From Chlamydiota bacterium (GTDB lineage: Bacteria > Chlamydiota > Chlamydiia > Chlamydiales > JAAKFR01): a stretch of 64,000 nt of DNA. This document shows, in pieces, positions 1 to 9,916 of the stretch (positions within the stretch are counted from its first letter, which is position 1; each line of letters opens with the position of its first letter). Position numbers and translations under genes: made by a program. Under the pieces are notes generated by a model. That model saw only the letters and a list, made by a program, of their open reading frames with translations, searched no databases and was not told where the DNA came from. The DNA lies in NCBI GenBank assembly GCA_021772465.1, contig JAJFLX010000005.1:23025-87024 (forward strand), given 5' to 3'.

Positions 1-2
1 TA

Positions 3-566
3 CTTAAACTAATTGAAATAGTTGCCGGTGCATCGCTGGAAGAAAAAATAGTTAATAGTACAAATTATGAAATTTATTTTCAAATTATTCGAGAGAGTAT
101 TTGCAACAACAACATAGGTGTATTTATTTCACAATTGGCAAAGAGTTGTTTTGCTAAAACGGAGGCGGTTTTTGTTGAAGGAAATACTCAAGCGATTCTT
201 CGCGAAATAAGAAATCATTCTACTACCCCCGAAGTTGTACAAGATTTTTTAAATCTCAAAGATCGTTCGTCACAACCCAGAACAAATTTTCGCCCTCCAC
301 CTAATGGGGGATATTCTAGTTCACAACGTACACCATCCAATCCAAATATTGCCGAATACTACAGAATTTTGGGGTTGAAACCTTCCGCTTCAAAGGGTCA
401 GGTCAACGCAGCATATAAAAAACTTGCGCTGATATATCATCCCGATAGAGTAAAAAAACAAGAAAATGAAAGCGAAGTGGCATTCACAAGAAGGAAAAAA
501 GAGTCTTTAGAGAGATTTAAACTGATAGTTGGTGCGAAAGATAAATTAGTCAAGATTTTAAAGTAA
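3..566 (+). CDS. J-domain (DnaJ-like) protein, C-terminal part; 5' end probably outside window
   Basis: The reading frame is open from base 3, with no stop upstream of the listed TTG at 135, so the CDS likely starts before the window. The C-terminal J domain reads YYRILGLKPSASKGQVNAAYKKLALIYHPDR (HPD motif). Confidence 0.6.
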   Translation, partial: LKLIEIVAGASLEEKIVNSTNYEIYFQIIRESICNNNIGVFISQLAKSCFAKTEAVFVEGNTQAILREIRNHSTTPEVVQDFLNLKDRSSQPRTNFRPPPNGGYSSSQRTPSNPNIAEYYRILGLKPSASKGQVNAAYKKLALIYHPDRVKKQENESEVAFTRRKKESLERFKLIVGAKDKLVKILK

Positions 567-733
567 AATCTTGATACCCCTCCCCCTTGAGTTTTTTGCC
601 CTGCAGCCCTTCTACAATCGAACGCGCTGAGAGATCGAGCCTCTTCTAGATATTCTCCCTCCTCGGCAGATCTTGCCACAAGTAGAACTTCTGGGTGCAG
701 AGAAAATCCATAGCAAGGTATAATATTTAGAAT

Positions 734-2074
734 ATGTTAAATGCCATTTTCAATCTCTTGACCGCAGTCGATGAGCTTTTTTGGGGTTACGCTGCCTTCG
801 TTTTAATCGTTGTGCTCGGGCTCTTTCTCACCCTCCGTTCTGGTTTTTTTCAGGTTCGCAAATTCCCTCAGATTACAAAGACTTTTTTTCAATTTATGAA
901 AAAGTCAAACAAAGCGGAGCGTGGTATTCATCCCCTCAAGGCTTTTTTCGCCTCCACAGGAGGGATGATTGGCATTGGTAATGTGGTAGCGATTGTAACC
1001 GCTGTACAGTTCGGAGGGCCCGGAGCGCTTCTCTGGGTCTGGATTGCTGGAATGATTGGCGCTATCATCAAGTACCACGAGATTTATCTCGGATGTAAAT
1101 TCCGCGTAGAAAACAAAGAGGGGGGGTACGATGGCGGCCCTATGTATTTTCTTAGAAAAGCTTTTAATATTCGCTTTGTTTCCATTTTAGTTGCTGCTCT
1201 TCTCTGTATTTATGGCGTAGAGGTCTATCAGTTCTCAGTGATTACAGAGAGCATTACGACCAACTGGCACTTTCCCCGCATCGGGGTGATTGGAGCGCTT
1301 CTCGCTCTTGTACTCTACGCGTGCAGCGGGGGAGTGCGACGCATTGGTCAAATTTGCACTTATGTGATGCCAATTTTCCTTCTCACCTACATAGGCATGG
1401 GAGTCTGGATTATCTTTCAAGAGATGGGAGCTATTCCAGCCCTGTTTGCCGAAGTCTTTCGCTCGGCATTCACTGGGCATGCGGCAGTCGGTGGATTTGC
1501 AGGAAGCTCTATGATACTCGCAGTTCAGCATGGTATTTCACGGGCTGCATACTCTGCAGACATCGGGATCGGTTACGACTCCATCATTCAAAGTGAATCG
1601 GCCTCTTCTCACCCCGAGCGCCAAGCGAGGCTCGCTATTTTAGGTGTAGCTATTGACAACCTAATCTGTACGTTGAGTATCCTCATCGTCTTACTCTCTG
1701 GCGCCTGGAAAGCGCTCGATCCACTCGTCGGATCAGAACTCATTCAAGTCTCTCTGAGCAAGTATTTTCCATTAATGGAATTCTTCATTCCATTCTTTTT
1801 TATCGTGACAGGGTATACGACATTGATCGCCTACTTTGTAGTAGGGATTAAATGCGCCACCTATCTCGCCCCTCGGTGGGGTCGGAAGATCTATCTTGCC
1901 TATGGGACAGGAGCCTTTATCTTTTTTTCATATGTTTCTCAAACACAGGCACTTTTACTCATGTCAGTTGCCGGTGCTAGTCTATTGATTCTCAATCTAT
2001 TAGGGATTTTTCGTTTGCGCCACGAGGTGCACTTTGACGAGAAACTTCCTTCTGTATTAGAAGAAGTTGCATAA
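734..2074 (+). CDS. alanine/glycine:cation symporter (AGCS) family transporter
   Basis: 446-aa polytopic membrane protein. The FGGPGALLWVWIAGMIGAIIKYHEIYLG...GGPMYF block is typical of sodium:alanine symporter family proteins. Confidence 0.75.
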   Translation: MLNAIFNLLTAVDELFWGYAAFVLIVVLGLFLTLRSGFFQVRKFPQITKTFFQFMKKSNKAERGIHPLKAFFASTGGMIGIGNVVAIVTAVQFGGPGALLWVWIAGMIGAIIKYHEIYLGCKFRVENKEGGYDGGPMYFLRKAFNIRFVSILVAALLCIYGVEVYQFSVITESITTNWHFPRIGVIGALLALVLYACSGGVRRIGQICTYVMPIFLLTYIGMGVWIIFQEMGAIPALFAEVFRSAFTGHAAVGGFAGSSMILAVQHGISRAAYSADIGIGYDSIIQSESASSHPERQARLAILGVAIDNLICTLSILIVLLSGAWKALDPLVGSELIQVSLSKYFPLMEFFIPFFFIVTGYTTLIAYFVVGIKCATYLAPRWGRKIYLAYGTGAFIFFSYVSQTQALLLMSVAGASLLILNLLGIFRLRHEVHFDEKLPSVLEEVA

Positions 2075-2103
2075 TTTAAATTATTGATTGTATAATTTAA
2101 ATT

Positions 2104-2451
2104 ATGGAAACAAGTAGTTTAATTATTGCAATTAGTGTTGCTGTGGTTGCTCTCGCACTTGTGGCTTTGATCATTTTTTTGATCACAGTTCTAGTGTCGC
2201 TCAAGCGTACGCTCGATTCGACTCAGGAGATTTGCCAGGATGTGGAAGGGAAGCTTCAGGCATTTGATCCCCTATTTCGCATCGCGGGGAGAGCTTCAGT
2301 GCGTTTAGAGCGTAAGAGCAAGCGCTTTAAACATTATGTTGAGGAAGAAGAGGAGGAGGACGACCCCGCCTTAAACACCGCTTTTGAAGCGGCTGAGTGG
2401 GCGTTGATCGGTTTGTCACTGTGGAGAAAAATAAGAGCTAGGAGAGGTTAA
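2104..2451 (+). CDS. small membrane protein (DUF948-like), acidic C-terminal part
   Basis: N-terminal TM helix (LIIAISVAVVALALVALIIFLITVLV) followed by a helical region and an EEEEEEDD stretch. It sits immediately upstream of, and abuts, a YtxH-type gene, a pairing seen in other bacteria. Confidence 0.4.
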   Translation: METSSLIIAISVAVVALALVALIIFLITVLVSLKRTLDSTQEICQDVEGKLQAFDPLFRIAGRASVRLERKSKRFKHYVEEEEEEDDPALNTAFEAAEWALIGLSLWRKIRARRG

Positions 2452-2727
2452 ATGGCGAGAAAACATAGCACGAAAAAGGGCTTTTGTTTAGGAGCAGTAA
2501 TTGGAGGGCTCGTCGCGGGAACGACAGCGCTCCTTTTTGCGCCTAAATCTGGCGATAAAATGCGTAAAAGTTTGTCAAAGCACTATCACAAAAGCAAAAA
2601 AGGGACGCAGCGTCTTCTTGAAGAGGTGTGCTCAGAGGGGAGCGACCTTGCCGAAAGGGCCAAGGGGCTGGCAAAACATGCTAAGAGTGCTGCCACACGC
2701 ATTTCAAAGTCATCTAAGAAACGTTAG
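2452..2727 (+). CDS. YtxH domain-containing protein
   Basis: The GFCLGAVIGGLVAGTTALLFAPKSGDKMRKSL motif is characteristic of the YtxH general-stress-like family. The C-terminus is lysine-rich and helical. Confidence 0.65.
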   Translation: MARKHSTKKGFCLGAVIGGLVAGTTALLFAPKSGDKMRKSLSKHYHKSKKGTQRLLEEVCSEGSDLAERAKGLAKHAKSAATRISKSSKKR

Positions 2728-3172
2728 AGCGAAGGAGCCATGCCTGCTTAGAGTGGAACCTGATTCTCTCAACGAGAAGATCAGCTGTTCCTTGGTCAAG
2801 AGCCTCTTCAGTGAACGCAATCTGTTCATGAAGCTGACTTTCAAGACTTTCGTGGTCTTTAATTAGGGAATTGACCATTTCATCTTGTGAGAGGGGTGAT
2901 GTACTCTCTTTAAGGGTGGCGAGCTCTAAAAAATCTTTCATCGAACCGGGGGCCGGATGTCCGAGCCCTCGGATTCGCTCAGCTAGGTCGTCGATTGCTT
3001 CGGCCATCTCCTCGTACTGCTCTTGCAAGAGCTTGTGGTACATGAAAAATTGAGGTCCCACCATATTCCAGTGAAAATTCAAAGTTTTTATGTAAAGAAC
3101 AGAGGTGTCAGCCAGAAATCTAGATAGTCTCTTTGCTATTTCAGAAACCGTATTTGGGTCTAATTGCTTCAT
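2714..3172 (-). CDS. dps: Dps family DNA-protection/ferritin-like protein
   Basis: LYIKTLNFHWNMVGPQFFMYHKLLQEQYEEMAEAIDDLAERIRGLG matches the Dps ferroxidase-site helices (HW...H...E...D..AER). 152 aa. Confidence 0.9.
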   Translation of the reverse strand: MKQLDPNTVSEIAKRLSRFLADTSVLYIKTLNFHWNMVGPQFFMYHKLLQEQYEEMAEAIDDLAERIRGLGHPAPGSMKDFLELATLKESTSPLSQDEMVNSLIKDHESLESQLHEQIAFTEEALDQGTADLLVERIRFHSKQAWLLRSNVS

Positions 3173-3246
3173 GATGTCATCTCAACAGCAATAAAGGAAA
3201 AAGTCAATTCCATTTTTTTGCTCTCTGGGTTATAAATCTTCATCAA

Positions 3247-6240
3247 ATGAAGAAGAAAGAGCTAGAAGATATTCTCTTAAAGGGAAATCTAAATTTATTG
3301 CCAGCGACCTATTTGGATGGAAAGGAGTCGCGAATTTTGACGCGGATCGCCTCCTTGATGCGTCACTGGCCTGATGAAGAGCTCTATCCCTTCCTTCTTT
3401 TATCGCTTCTCCGTCTTCCGAGGCAGTTTAAAAAAATTCGAAAAGGCGGACATATCAGCCGCTTAATTAGCGCTGAGTATTTTTATCGAAAGAAGGTGGT
3501 CAAAGCTGTCGATCAATACCCACAGAAACGACACCTTTTTGTGAAGCTTCTCCCCACGCGTTTAGAGTTTCCATTTGGCAGTAAGCCCGTGCTCGGGGTC
3601 ATCATTACTTTCAATATGATGAAGCTCCGCGAAGCTTTTGAGGAGCAACACATTTTAGAAGCGGCCCGATCCATTCTCAAAGGGGTGGAGGTAGTTGGTG
3701 GCTCCTTTGTCGATTACCAAGACAAACAGAGTCAGGTGCATGTAGTCTATTTAGAACTCGAGAGTGAGGGGCAATCCCAATTTTCTCTCGACGAGATCGC
3801 TCTTTTTCAAAAGAGGTTGCCCGATGAGCTGAAGGGGTGTATTCAGCCCCTTGTCCCTGTGACATTTATGAGGCGCAACGAAGAGGAGGTCTACAGAAAT
3901 ATCTTGACGCTTCGTGACCAACTAAAAACAGTAAGAGATCTGCCTCAAGCCACTATCACCTTTGAGGAACAGACGCATTTCGATCTTTTTTTTACGGTAG
4001 TATTACTCCGCCTGGTGAAGGAGAAAATAGAGGGAGTTCTGCCCCTTCTCGAGCGCCAATTTCCAAAAATTGTATTCATACCCGATAGAATTGATTCTGT
4101 TGGGGTGCTTCGGAAAGGTCACTTCAAGGAGGCTACAGTCTTCCGAGTTCAGCTCAACAAAGAGTCATTTTTTAGAAAAGACCGCTCGGTTGATCTTTAT
4201 CGTGCACGTCGCGCAGTTGTGAAGATGTTGACAGAGACTTTAGGGCCTGTTCGGGACTATAATGGAGGTCTTATTCTCAAGCAAAATGAACGGCTTGAGG
4301 ACTTTATGGCTCTTGCCTCGAAAGAGCATGACCCCTTCCTTTTGGAAAATTTTTTCTATTCGATCACACCCATTGCTATGCAGAGCATTTTGCCTCCAAC
4401 TGTTGTGATGGAGTGGTTTTTGACTTTTGCTGCGCTGCTTCAAAAAAGGGCAGAGACGCAGAGTGTTTATGAGATGAGCTGCGTTGGGGATGAAGAGACG
4501 CAAGTGACTATCATTAGCTCGGAAGATAGCTCATTCAAAGATCTGCTGCTCAAAGAAATTGGAAAGTATGCGATCCCTTCACTTGAACTGGCGTATGCAA
4601 AGGTGAATCATCATGGGACTTTTTGCATGGGCATTCTCTTTCGCCCCTCTATGATCAACAATCAGATTGACCTCTGCTCAGTGGTAAAGGGAGTTATGGA
4701 GAATTGGAGTCAACAAACACATGAGACTCAAATTCTGCGCATCGCAGTGCATGGCAATGAACCGAGTCTCGACCCTCGAATCGCTAAAGGAGACCAATCG
4801 TATATCATTCTCAAAATGCTCTTCGAAGGACTTACGAGGATAGGTCCAGATGGAAAGCCGAGTTTAGCTATTGCTGAATCGTATGAGGTCTCACCCGATT
4901 TCAAAACCTATACATTTTATCTTCGAGAGAGCAAGTGGTCTAATGGAGCGCCAATCACGGCTCATGACTTTGAATACTCCTGGAAAAAAGGGCTTCACCC
5001 ACAAGCTGGGTCTATTGATTCTCAGACCTTCTCTCTGATCAAAAACGCTCGCAAAGCGAAAGCCAATCAAGTCTCTCTCAATGAGGTTGGCGTGAAGGCG
5101 ATAGATGAGAAAACACTTCTTGTGGAACTCGAGTACCCTGTTGAACACTTTCTTGAAGTGGTAGCTCACTGGACCTACTCGTTGATCAATCGTGTCATCG
5201 ATCAGAAATTTCCAGGGTGGGCTATGCAGGCGGGAGAAAATTATGTGAGCAATGGCCCGTTTAAATTGGCCGAATGGAAACAAGGGAGAGCCATTACAGT
5301 TGAGAAAAACCCTCACTACTGGGATGCCGAGCATGTGCATTTGAAAAAAATTATCATCAACACGTTGCAACGCGGTCAAAGCCATATGGGGATGCTAACA
5401 GGAGATGAAGTAGATATCGTAGGTCGGCCCATGACAACATTTCCAATCGATGGTCTCGATTATCATCCAGAGGGTGTAGAGCAGGTGAGCTATCCGCTCA
5501 ATGGAGTCTTTATCCTCTGTTTCAACACCTCTCAATTTCCCTTCAACCATAAAAAAATTCGGCAAGCGTTTGCCCATGTTGTAGATAGAGAGGGAATTAA
5601 ATCATTTTTAACCGTTGAATGCGCTGGACCCAGCTATACTTTGCTGCCGAGTAAGCTTACACTTCAAACGAAACCTTTATTTCCAAACAAACGCATTGAA
5701 GAGGCAAAAGCGCTTTTCCGTGAAGGTCTCGGTGAAATAGGTTTTGTAAAGTCAGACTTTCCCAAGCTCACGCTCAGTTATTACAGCGGACTGAAAAGAG
5801 GAGAGCTTCTTAAAGAGCTAGCCGGACAGTGGAAAGAAGCGTTCGATATTGATATCCATCTCGAAAATAACGAGTGGGATACACACTTTAATCGTTTGAT
5901 TAAAGGGAAGTACCAAATGGGGGGAATCGAACTCAATGCAAAATGGAATGACCCGCTTCATCTGCTCGAATTTTTCGAAGAGCAGAGTGATCTTCTCAAT
6001 ATCTCTTTTTGGGAACACCCCCAATTTCAAACGCTTCTCTGCAAGGCGAAACACGCAGTCGAGCCAGAGGAGCGTAGACGTTTTCTTAAAGAAGCAGAAA
6101 GCTTTCTGGCAATTGAAATGCCAGCAATTCCACTTTTTCAGATATCAGGAAATTACCTCAAAAGAAAAGCACTCAAAGGGGTATTCCCCTCCGACTGTTT
6201 TCAAATCGATTTTAAATGGAGCTACAAGGATTACAAGTGA
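3247..6240 (+). CDS. 997-aa protein: unknown N-terminal ~500 aa fused to a family-5 peptide/oligopeptide substrate-binding (OppA-like) domain; no signal peptide seen
   Basis: The C-terminal half carries SBP_bac_5-type blocks (LDPRIAKGDQSYIILKMLFEGLTRIGPDGKPSLAIAESYEVSPDFKTYTFYLRESKWSNGAPITAHDFEYSW). The N-terminus MKKKELEDILLKGN... is hydrophilic. Confidence 0.7.
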   Translation: MKKKELEDILLKGNLNLLPATYLDGKESRILTRIASLMRHWPDEELYPFLLLSLLRLPRQFKKIRKGGHISRLISAEYFYRKKVVKAVDQYPQKRHLFVKLLPTRLEFPFGSKPVLGVIITFNMMKLREAFEEQHILEAARSILKGVEVVGGSFVDYQDKQSQVHVVYLELESEGQSQFSLDEIALFQKRLPDELKGCIQPLVPVTFMRRNEEEVYRNILTLRDQLKTVRDLPQATITFEEQTHFDLFFTVVLLRLVKEKIEGVLPLLERQFPKIVFIPDRIDSVGVLRKGHFKEATVFRVQLNKESFFRKDRSVDLYRARRAVVKMLTETLGPVRDYNGGLILKQNERLEDFMALASKEHDPFLLENFFYSITPIAMQSILPPTVVMEWFLTFAALLQKRAETQSVYEMSCVGDEETQVTIISSEDSSFKDLLLKEIGKYAIPSLELAYAKVNHHGTFCMGILFRPSMINNQIDLCSVVKGVMENWSQQTHETQILRIAVHGNEPSLDPRIAKGDQSYIILKMLFEGLTRIGPDGKPSLAIAESYEVSPDFKTYTFYLRESKWSNGAPITAHDFEYSWKKGLHPQAGSIDSQTFSLIKNARKAKANQVSLNEVGVKAIDEKTLLVELEYPVEHFLEVVAHWTYSLINRVIDQKFPGWAMQAGENYVSNGPFKLAEWKQGRAITVEKNPHYWDAEHVHLKKIIINTLQRGQSHMGMLTGDEVDIVGRPMTTFPIDGLDYHPEGVEQVSYPLNGVFILCFNTSQFPFNHKKIRQAFAHVVDREGIKSFLTVECAGPSYTLLPSKLTLQTKPLFPNKRIEEAKALFREGLGEIGFVKSDFPKLTLSYYSGLKRGELLKELAGQWKEAFDIDIHLENNEWDTHFNRLIKGKYQMGGIELNAKWNDPLHLLEFFEEQSDLLNISFWEHPQFQTLLCKAKHAVEPEERRRFLKEAESFLAIEMPAIPLFQISGNYLKRKALKGVFPSDCFQIDFKWSYKDYK

Positions 6241-7784
6241 GGCTATTTATTTTGTTTGCATGCATCAACCTTTTTGCAGGGTGTACTCGAGCTGAAACTC
6301 CCCCGAAAACATTGAGATTAAATTACCTGACCGAGGTGAATTCTTTAGACCCCAGGTTTGGCTATGAAATTCCAGCAAACCATACGGTAAAAATGCTCTA
6401 TGAAGGACTCATGCGAGTCGACCAGGCTGGAAACTTAAGTCCTGCAGCAGCTGAGAGCTATACGCTTGATGAAGCGGGACGCTGTTATACATTTCATATT
6501 CGAGAGGCTTGTTGGTCCAATGGTGAGCCACTCACAGCCTACGATTTTGAATATTCGTGGAGAAGTGTGATCAATCCCGAGCTTCCCACGCAAGGGGCCT
6601 CCGATTTTTATCCGATCAAAAATGTGGAGGAGGTTGTCCGAAGAAAACTTCCTGTAGAGGCAGCGGGGGTGCGGGCTTTAGATGCGAAAACCCTTGTTGT
6701 GGAGCTCTCAAACCCTGCTCCTTATTTTTTGGAGCTCCTCACAACCTCTGCTTATTCTCCCGTGCTTGAGAGTGATCCAACTGCTACAAATGGCCCCTTT
6801 TGCATCGTGAAGAGACGCCCACACAACCACATGGTGTTGAAGAAAAACCCCTACTACTGGCGCGCTGATAAAGTCCTTTTAGAGCGAATTGAGATATCTA
6901 TCATCGAAGACGCCACAACTCAACTTGCGCTTTTTGAAAAAGGGGAGAGCGATTGGTTTGGCAAGCCTTTTACCAAGCTTCCCCTCGACGCTGTGCCCGA
7001 TCTTGAGGCGAGAGAGTCGCTTGAACACTTACCTGAAAGAGCTGTTTACCTCTACTTTCTCAACACGGAAAAATTTCCTTTTACGCATCCGAAAATGCGA
7101 CGAGCCTTTTCGCTTGGGATGTGTAGACAAGAGGTAGTCGACCACGTGCTTCAAGAGGGGGAATCAATTGCTACAAGTGTCAATCCCGGCAAGAGTTATT
7201 TTCCTGATGGAGCGAAACTTGAGGCAGCTCGGCTTTTTGAGGAAGCTCTTTTAGAGCTTGAGATCACCCGAGAAACTTTTCCAGCGGTTCGGTTGAGTTA
7301 CTGCGGGATTGAGACCAATCAACGCGTAGCTGCTGCAATTCAGCAGCAGTGGCAGCAGACATTTGGAGTGGATATTTCTCTCGATCCTCAGGAGTGGACA
7401 ACTTATTACGACAATTTATGCTCGGGTAATTATTTAATCGGCGGGCTCTCTTGGCATGCGCGTATCCGAGATCCCATCTACAACTTGCAGCTGTTTAAAT
7501 ACTCGGAAGACAGGCTCAATATCTCAAATTGGGAAAATGGGGAATTTCAAGCTCTTTTAGACTCTGCGGAGCAGCAAAGAGATCCCGCTGTGCGTCTTGA
7601 GATTCTCGCGGAAGCTGAAGCATTTTTGATGGAGCAGATGCCAGTCATCCCTATCTACTTTTTAACTGTAAGTTATGCCAAAAACCCTCAACTGAAGGGA
7701 GTCTACCTCAGTGAGCTCAATGAGATCGATTTCACTTGGTCCTTTTTAGAACCCGCTCAACTGTCTCAACCGCCGCCTGGGTGA
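6216..7784 (+). CDS. peptide ABC transporter substrate-binding lipoprotein (OppA-like, family 5)
   Basis: Lipobox LFILFACINLFAGC. SBP_bac_5 blocks are present (LDPRFGYEIPANHTVKMLYEGLMRVDQAGNLSPAAAESYTLDEAGRCYTFHIREACWSNGEPLTAYDFEYSW). It is a paralog of the C-terminal half of the preceding ORF and overlaps it by 25 nt. Confidence 0.8.
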   Translation: MELQGLQVRLFILFACINLFAGCTRAETPPKTLRLNYLTEVNSLDPRFGYEIPANHTVKMLYEGLMRVDQAGNLSPAAAESYTLDEAGRCYTFHIREACWSNGEPLTAYDFEYSWRSVINPELPTQGASDFYPIKNVEEVVRRKLPVEAAGVRALDAKTLVVELSNPAPYFLELLTTSAYSPVLESDPTATNGPFCIVKRRPHNHMVLKKNPYYWRADKVLLERIEISIIEDATTQLALFEKGESDWFGKPFTKLPLDAVPDLEARESLEHLPERAVYLYFLNTEKFPFTHPKMRRAFSLGMCRQEVVDHVLQEGESIATSVNPGKSYFPDGAKLEAARLFEEALLELEITRETFPAVRLSYCGIETNQRVAAAIQQQWQQTFGVDISLDPQEWTTYYDNLCSGNYLIGGLSWHARIRDPIYNLQLFKYSEDRLNISNWENGEFQALLDSAEQQRDPAVRLEILAEAEAFLMEQMPVIPIYFLTVSYAKNPQLKGVYLSELNEIDFTWSFLEPAQLSQPPPG

Positions 7785-8334
7785 GGGCATCAACTTCCAC
7801 ATTGACTGAGTCGCCCACTTTTTTTGATCCGAAGTGTGTGACAGCTAAAGTCTCAGGGATGAGGTGTACTGAGAAAAGGGCTGCTTCAAGATCCACCTCC
7901 ACCAAGGTCAGTGAGACTCCATCGAGGGCGATATATCCCTTTGAAAAGAGATAACGCATCAAAGAGTGAGCTGCTTTGAAAGTAAAGATGTTCTTCTCAA
8001 TTGCATGGAGCTCTGCTGTGGCGTAGATATGTCCAGAGAGAGGGTGTCCAGCGACTTCATCCCCAATTTTTGCCGAACGCTCTAGATGAACAGGGGTTTG
8101 TGGCTTCAAGTTGCCGATTGTGGTACGAGAGAGCGTCTCTTCAATCGCATCGAACCAAACGAGGTTGCCTTCAATGGCCACAACGGTTTGACACACCCCT
8201 TCAACACTCACACTGGTGCCGCGCTCGAGCTCCGATAAATAGTGCTCTGGAAAAGCGACTGCATAGTGGAGCACATCCCCTCGCCACTCAAGAGTTGCAA
8301 TTTGCCCCATTTCACGAATCCACCCTGTAAACAT
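7732..8334 (-). CDS. ribE: riboflavin synthase (alpha subunit)
   Basis: MFTGWIREMGQI N-terminus, two lumazine-binding repeats (SVSVEGVCQTV / ALDGVSLTLVEV), 200 aa. Confidence 0.9.
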   Translation of the reverse strand: MFTGWIREMGQIATLEWRGDVLHYAVAFPEHYLSELERGTSVSVEGVCQTVVAIEGNLVWFDAIEETLSRTTIGNLKPQTPVHLERSAKIGDEVAGHPLSGHIYATAELHAIEKNIFTFKAAHSLMRYLFSKGYIALDGVSLTLVEVDLEAALFSVHLIPETLAVTHFGSKKVGDSVNVEVDALTQAAVETVERVLKRTK

Positions 8335-8335
8335 T

Positions 8336-9358
8336 TCAGTTCCTCGATTTCAAATGACGGACAACCCCAATTAACAGGGTGATCAAAGTAAGAGGAAGGA
8401 TAAAGAATAGAAGAGCAGCTGTAAAGAGGGGAACTGTTCCAGCAAAAAAAAGGTAGAGGATATAAAGGGCATAGTAGGCAAGAAAAAGCGCCCCTTCCCA
8501 TCTTGAAATCAAGTGCCCGGTTAAAAAAATAGGGAGCGCTGCTACCGAGACCCCCACCATTACAGGGATATCGAACCAGATCGCCTTGGGTGGGACCTCG
8601 ATCGGTCCTTTAGATAGGAGAGCTGTCACTCCTGCTACCCCGAGAAGGTTGAAAATATTGCTTCCCACTATGTTGCCAACAGCGAGGTCTCCCTCTTTTC
8701 GTCTGATTGCAACCAGTGAAGTCGTTAACTCAGGAAGGGAGGTGCCAACAGCCACGATGGTGAGTCCAATTGCGAGCTCTCCCACACCTAAGTAGCGAGC
8801 AATATCTGTGGCGCCTGAGACAAGCAGCTCGGATCCTATTCCCAGAAATACCACTCCCACCCCTATCGCAAGCAATTGCTTCCAAAGGGGAAGAGTGGGG
8901 GAAGTTCCACCGGGCTCCGCTTTTTTGTAGGAAAAGATGATGTAGGCGATCAAGCCGAGTAAGAGAAAAAGTCCCGAGAAACGCCCTATTTCTCCTCTCG
9001 CGGCTAGGAGCCAGAAAATCAAAGAGACACCAATCATCACAGGTACATCCCATCTAATAAGCTGGCGCTTCACAACGAGGGGGAAGATAGAGGCTGCTAC
9101 GCCGAGCACGAGCAGGATGTTAAAAATATTGCTTCCAACCAGATTGCCTACAACAAGTGCGCTCTGATCGCGCCACGCAGCTAGAAGGCAGACAGCGATC
9201 TCAGGGGAGCTGGTTGCAAATGCTACCACAGTGAGACCTATGAGTAGTGGAGGCACTTTTAAAGTGAGTCCTAGCTCTGAGGCTCCAACTACTAGCAACT
9301 TTCCCCCTGTTATCAAGAGGATGAGCCCAATTAGAAAGAGGATAGTTGCTAGTGTCAT
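8336..9358 (-). CDS. calcium/sodium:cation antiporter (CaCA / YrbG family)
   Basis: Two alpha-repeats are present (GLTVVAFATSSPE...GSNIFNILLVLG and GLTIVAVGTSLPE...GSNIFNLLGVAG). 340-aa polytopic protein. Confidence 0.85.
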   Translation of the reverse strand: MTLATILFLIGLILLITGGKLLVVGASELGLTLKVPPLLIGLTVVAFATSSPEIAVCLLAAWRDQSALVVGNLVGSNIFNILLVLGVAASIFPLVVKRQLIRWDVPVMIGVSLIFWLLAARGEIGRFSGLFLLLGLIAYIIFSYKKAEPGGTSPTLPLWKQLLAIGVGVVFLGIGSELLVSGATDIARYLGVGELAIGLTIVAVGTSLPELTTSLVAIRRKEGDLAVGNIVGSNIFNLLGVAGVTALLSKGPIEVPPKAIWFDIPVMVGVSVAALPIFLTGHLISRWEGALFLAYYALYILYLFFAGTVPLFTAALLFFILPLTLITLLIGVVRHLKSRN

Positions 9359-9432
9359 AAGTACTTATTTCTAAAAAAAAATGGATTTTATTTCGAGACA
9401 AAGCTATATTTCCCACCTAGTAATCGGAGTGA

Positions 9433-9909
9433 TTGATGAAATGTCCGTACTGTTCTCATGAGGAATTCAAGGTTACCGATTCGCGTAATGCCTTGGATGC
9501 AAATGCAATCAGACGTCGTCGGGAGTGTTTGGGGTGCAGTCGTCGTTTTACGACATTTGAGACGATTGAATTGACGATTCAAGTGCGAAAACGGGATGGT
9601 CTTTATGAAGATTTTCATGAGGAAAAACTTGTTTCGGGGCTCCAGGCCGCATGTCGCCACTCTAAAGTGAGTTCAGATCAGGTGCGCAACATCGCTGCTA
9701 AGATTATTTGTGAGGTGATGGATCAACAGGTTCGTGAAATTTCGACCAAAGAAATTGGTGAGCTTGCAATGAAGTATTTGAAGACAATGGATACAATCGC
9801 GTATATCCGGTTTGCGTGCGTATATCGCCGTTTTAAGGATATAGGGGAGCTCATGGAAGCGATTCAATCAATCGACCCAGTAGACTCTCATTTAGCAGCC
9901 AAAGCATGA
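9433..9909 (+). CDS. nrdR: transcriptional repressor NrdR
   Basis: MKCPYCSHEEFKVTDSR...RRRRECLGCSRRFTTFE zinc ribbon followed by an ATP-cone. Typical length. Confidence 0.95.
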   Translation: MMKCPYCSHEEFKVTDSRNALDANAIRRRRECLGCSRRFTTFETIELTIQVRKRDGLYEDFHEEKLVSGLQAACRHSKVSSDQVRNIAAKIICEVMDQQVREISTKEIGELAMKYLKTMDTIAYIRFACVYRRFKDIGELMEAIQSIDPVDSHLAAKA

Positions 9910-9916
9910 GGAGTCC

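Noticed and set aside
437-679. 80-aa minus-strand ORF overlapping the J-domain gene 3' end
   Set aside because: It is antisense to a recognisable J domain, has no motif and is short. It is a likely shadow ORF.
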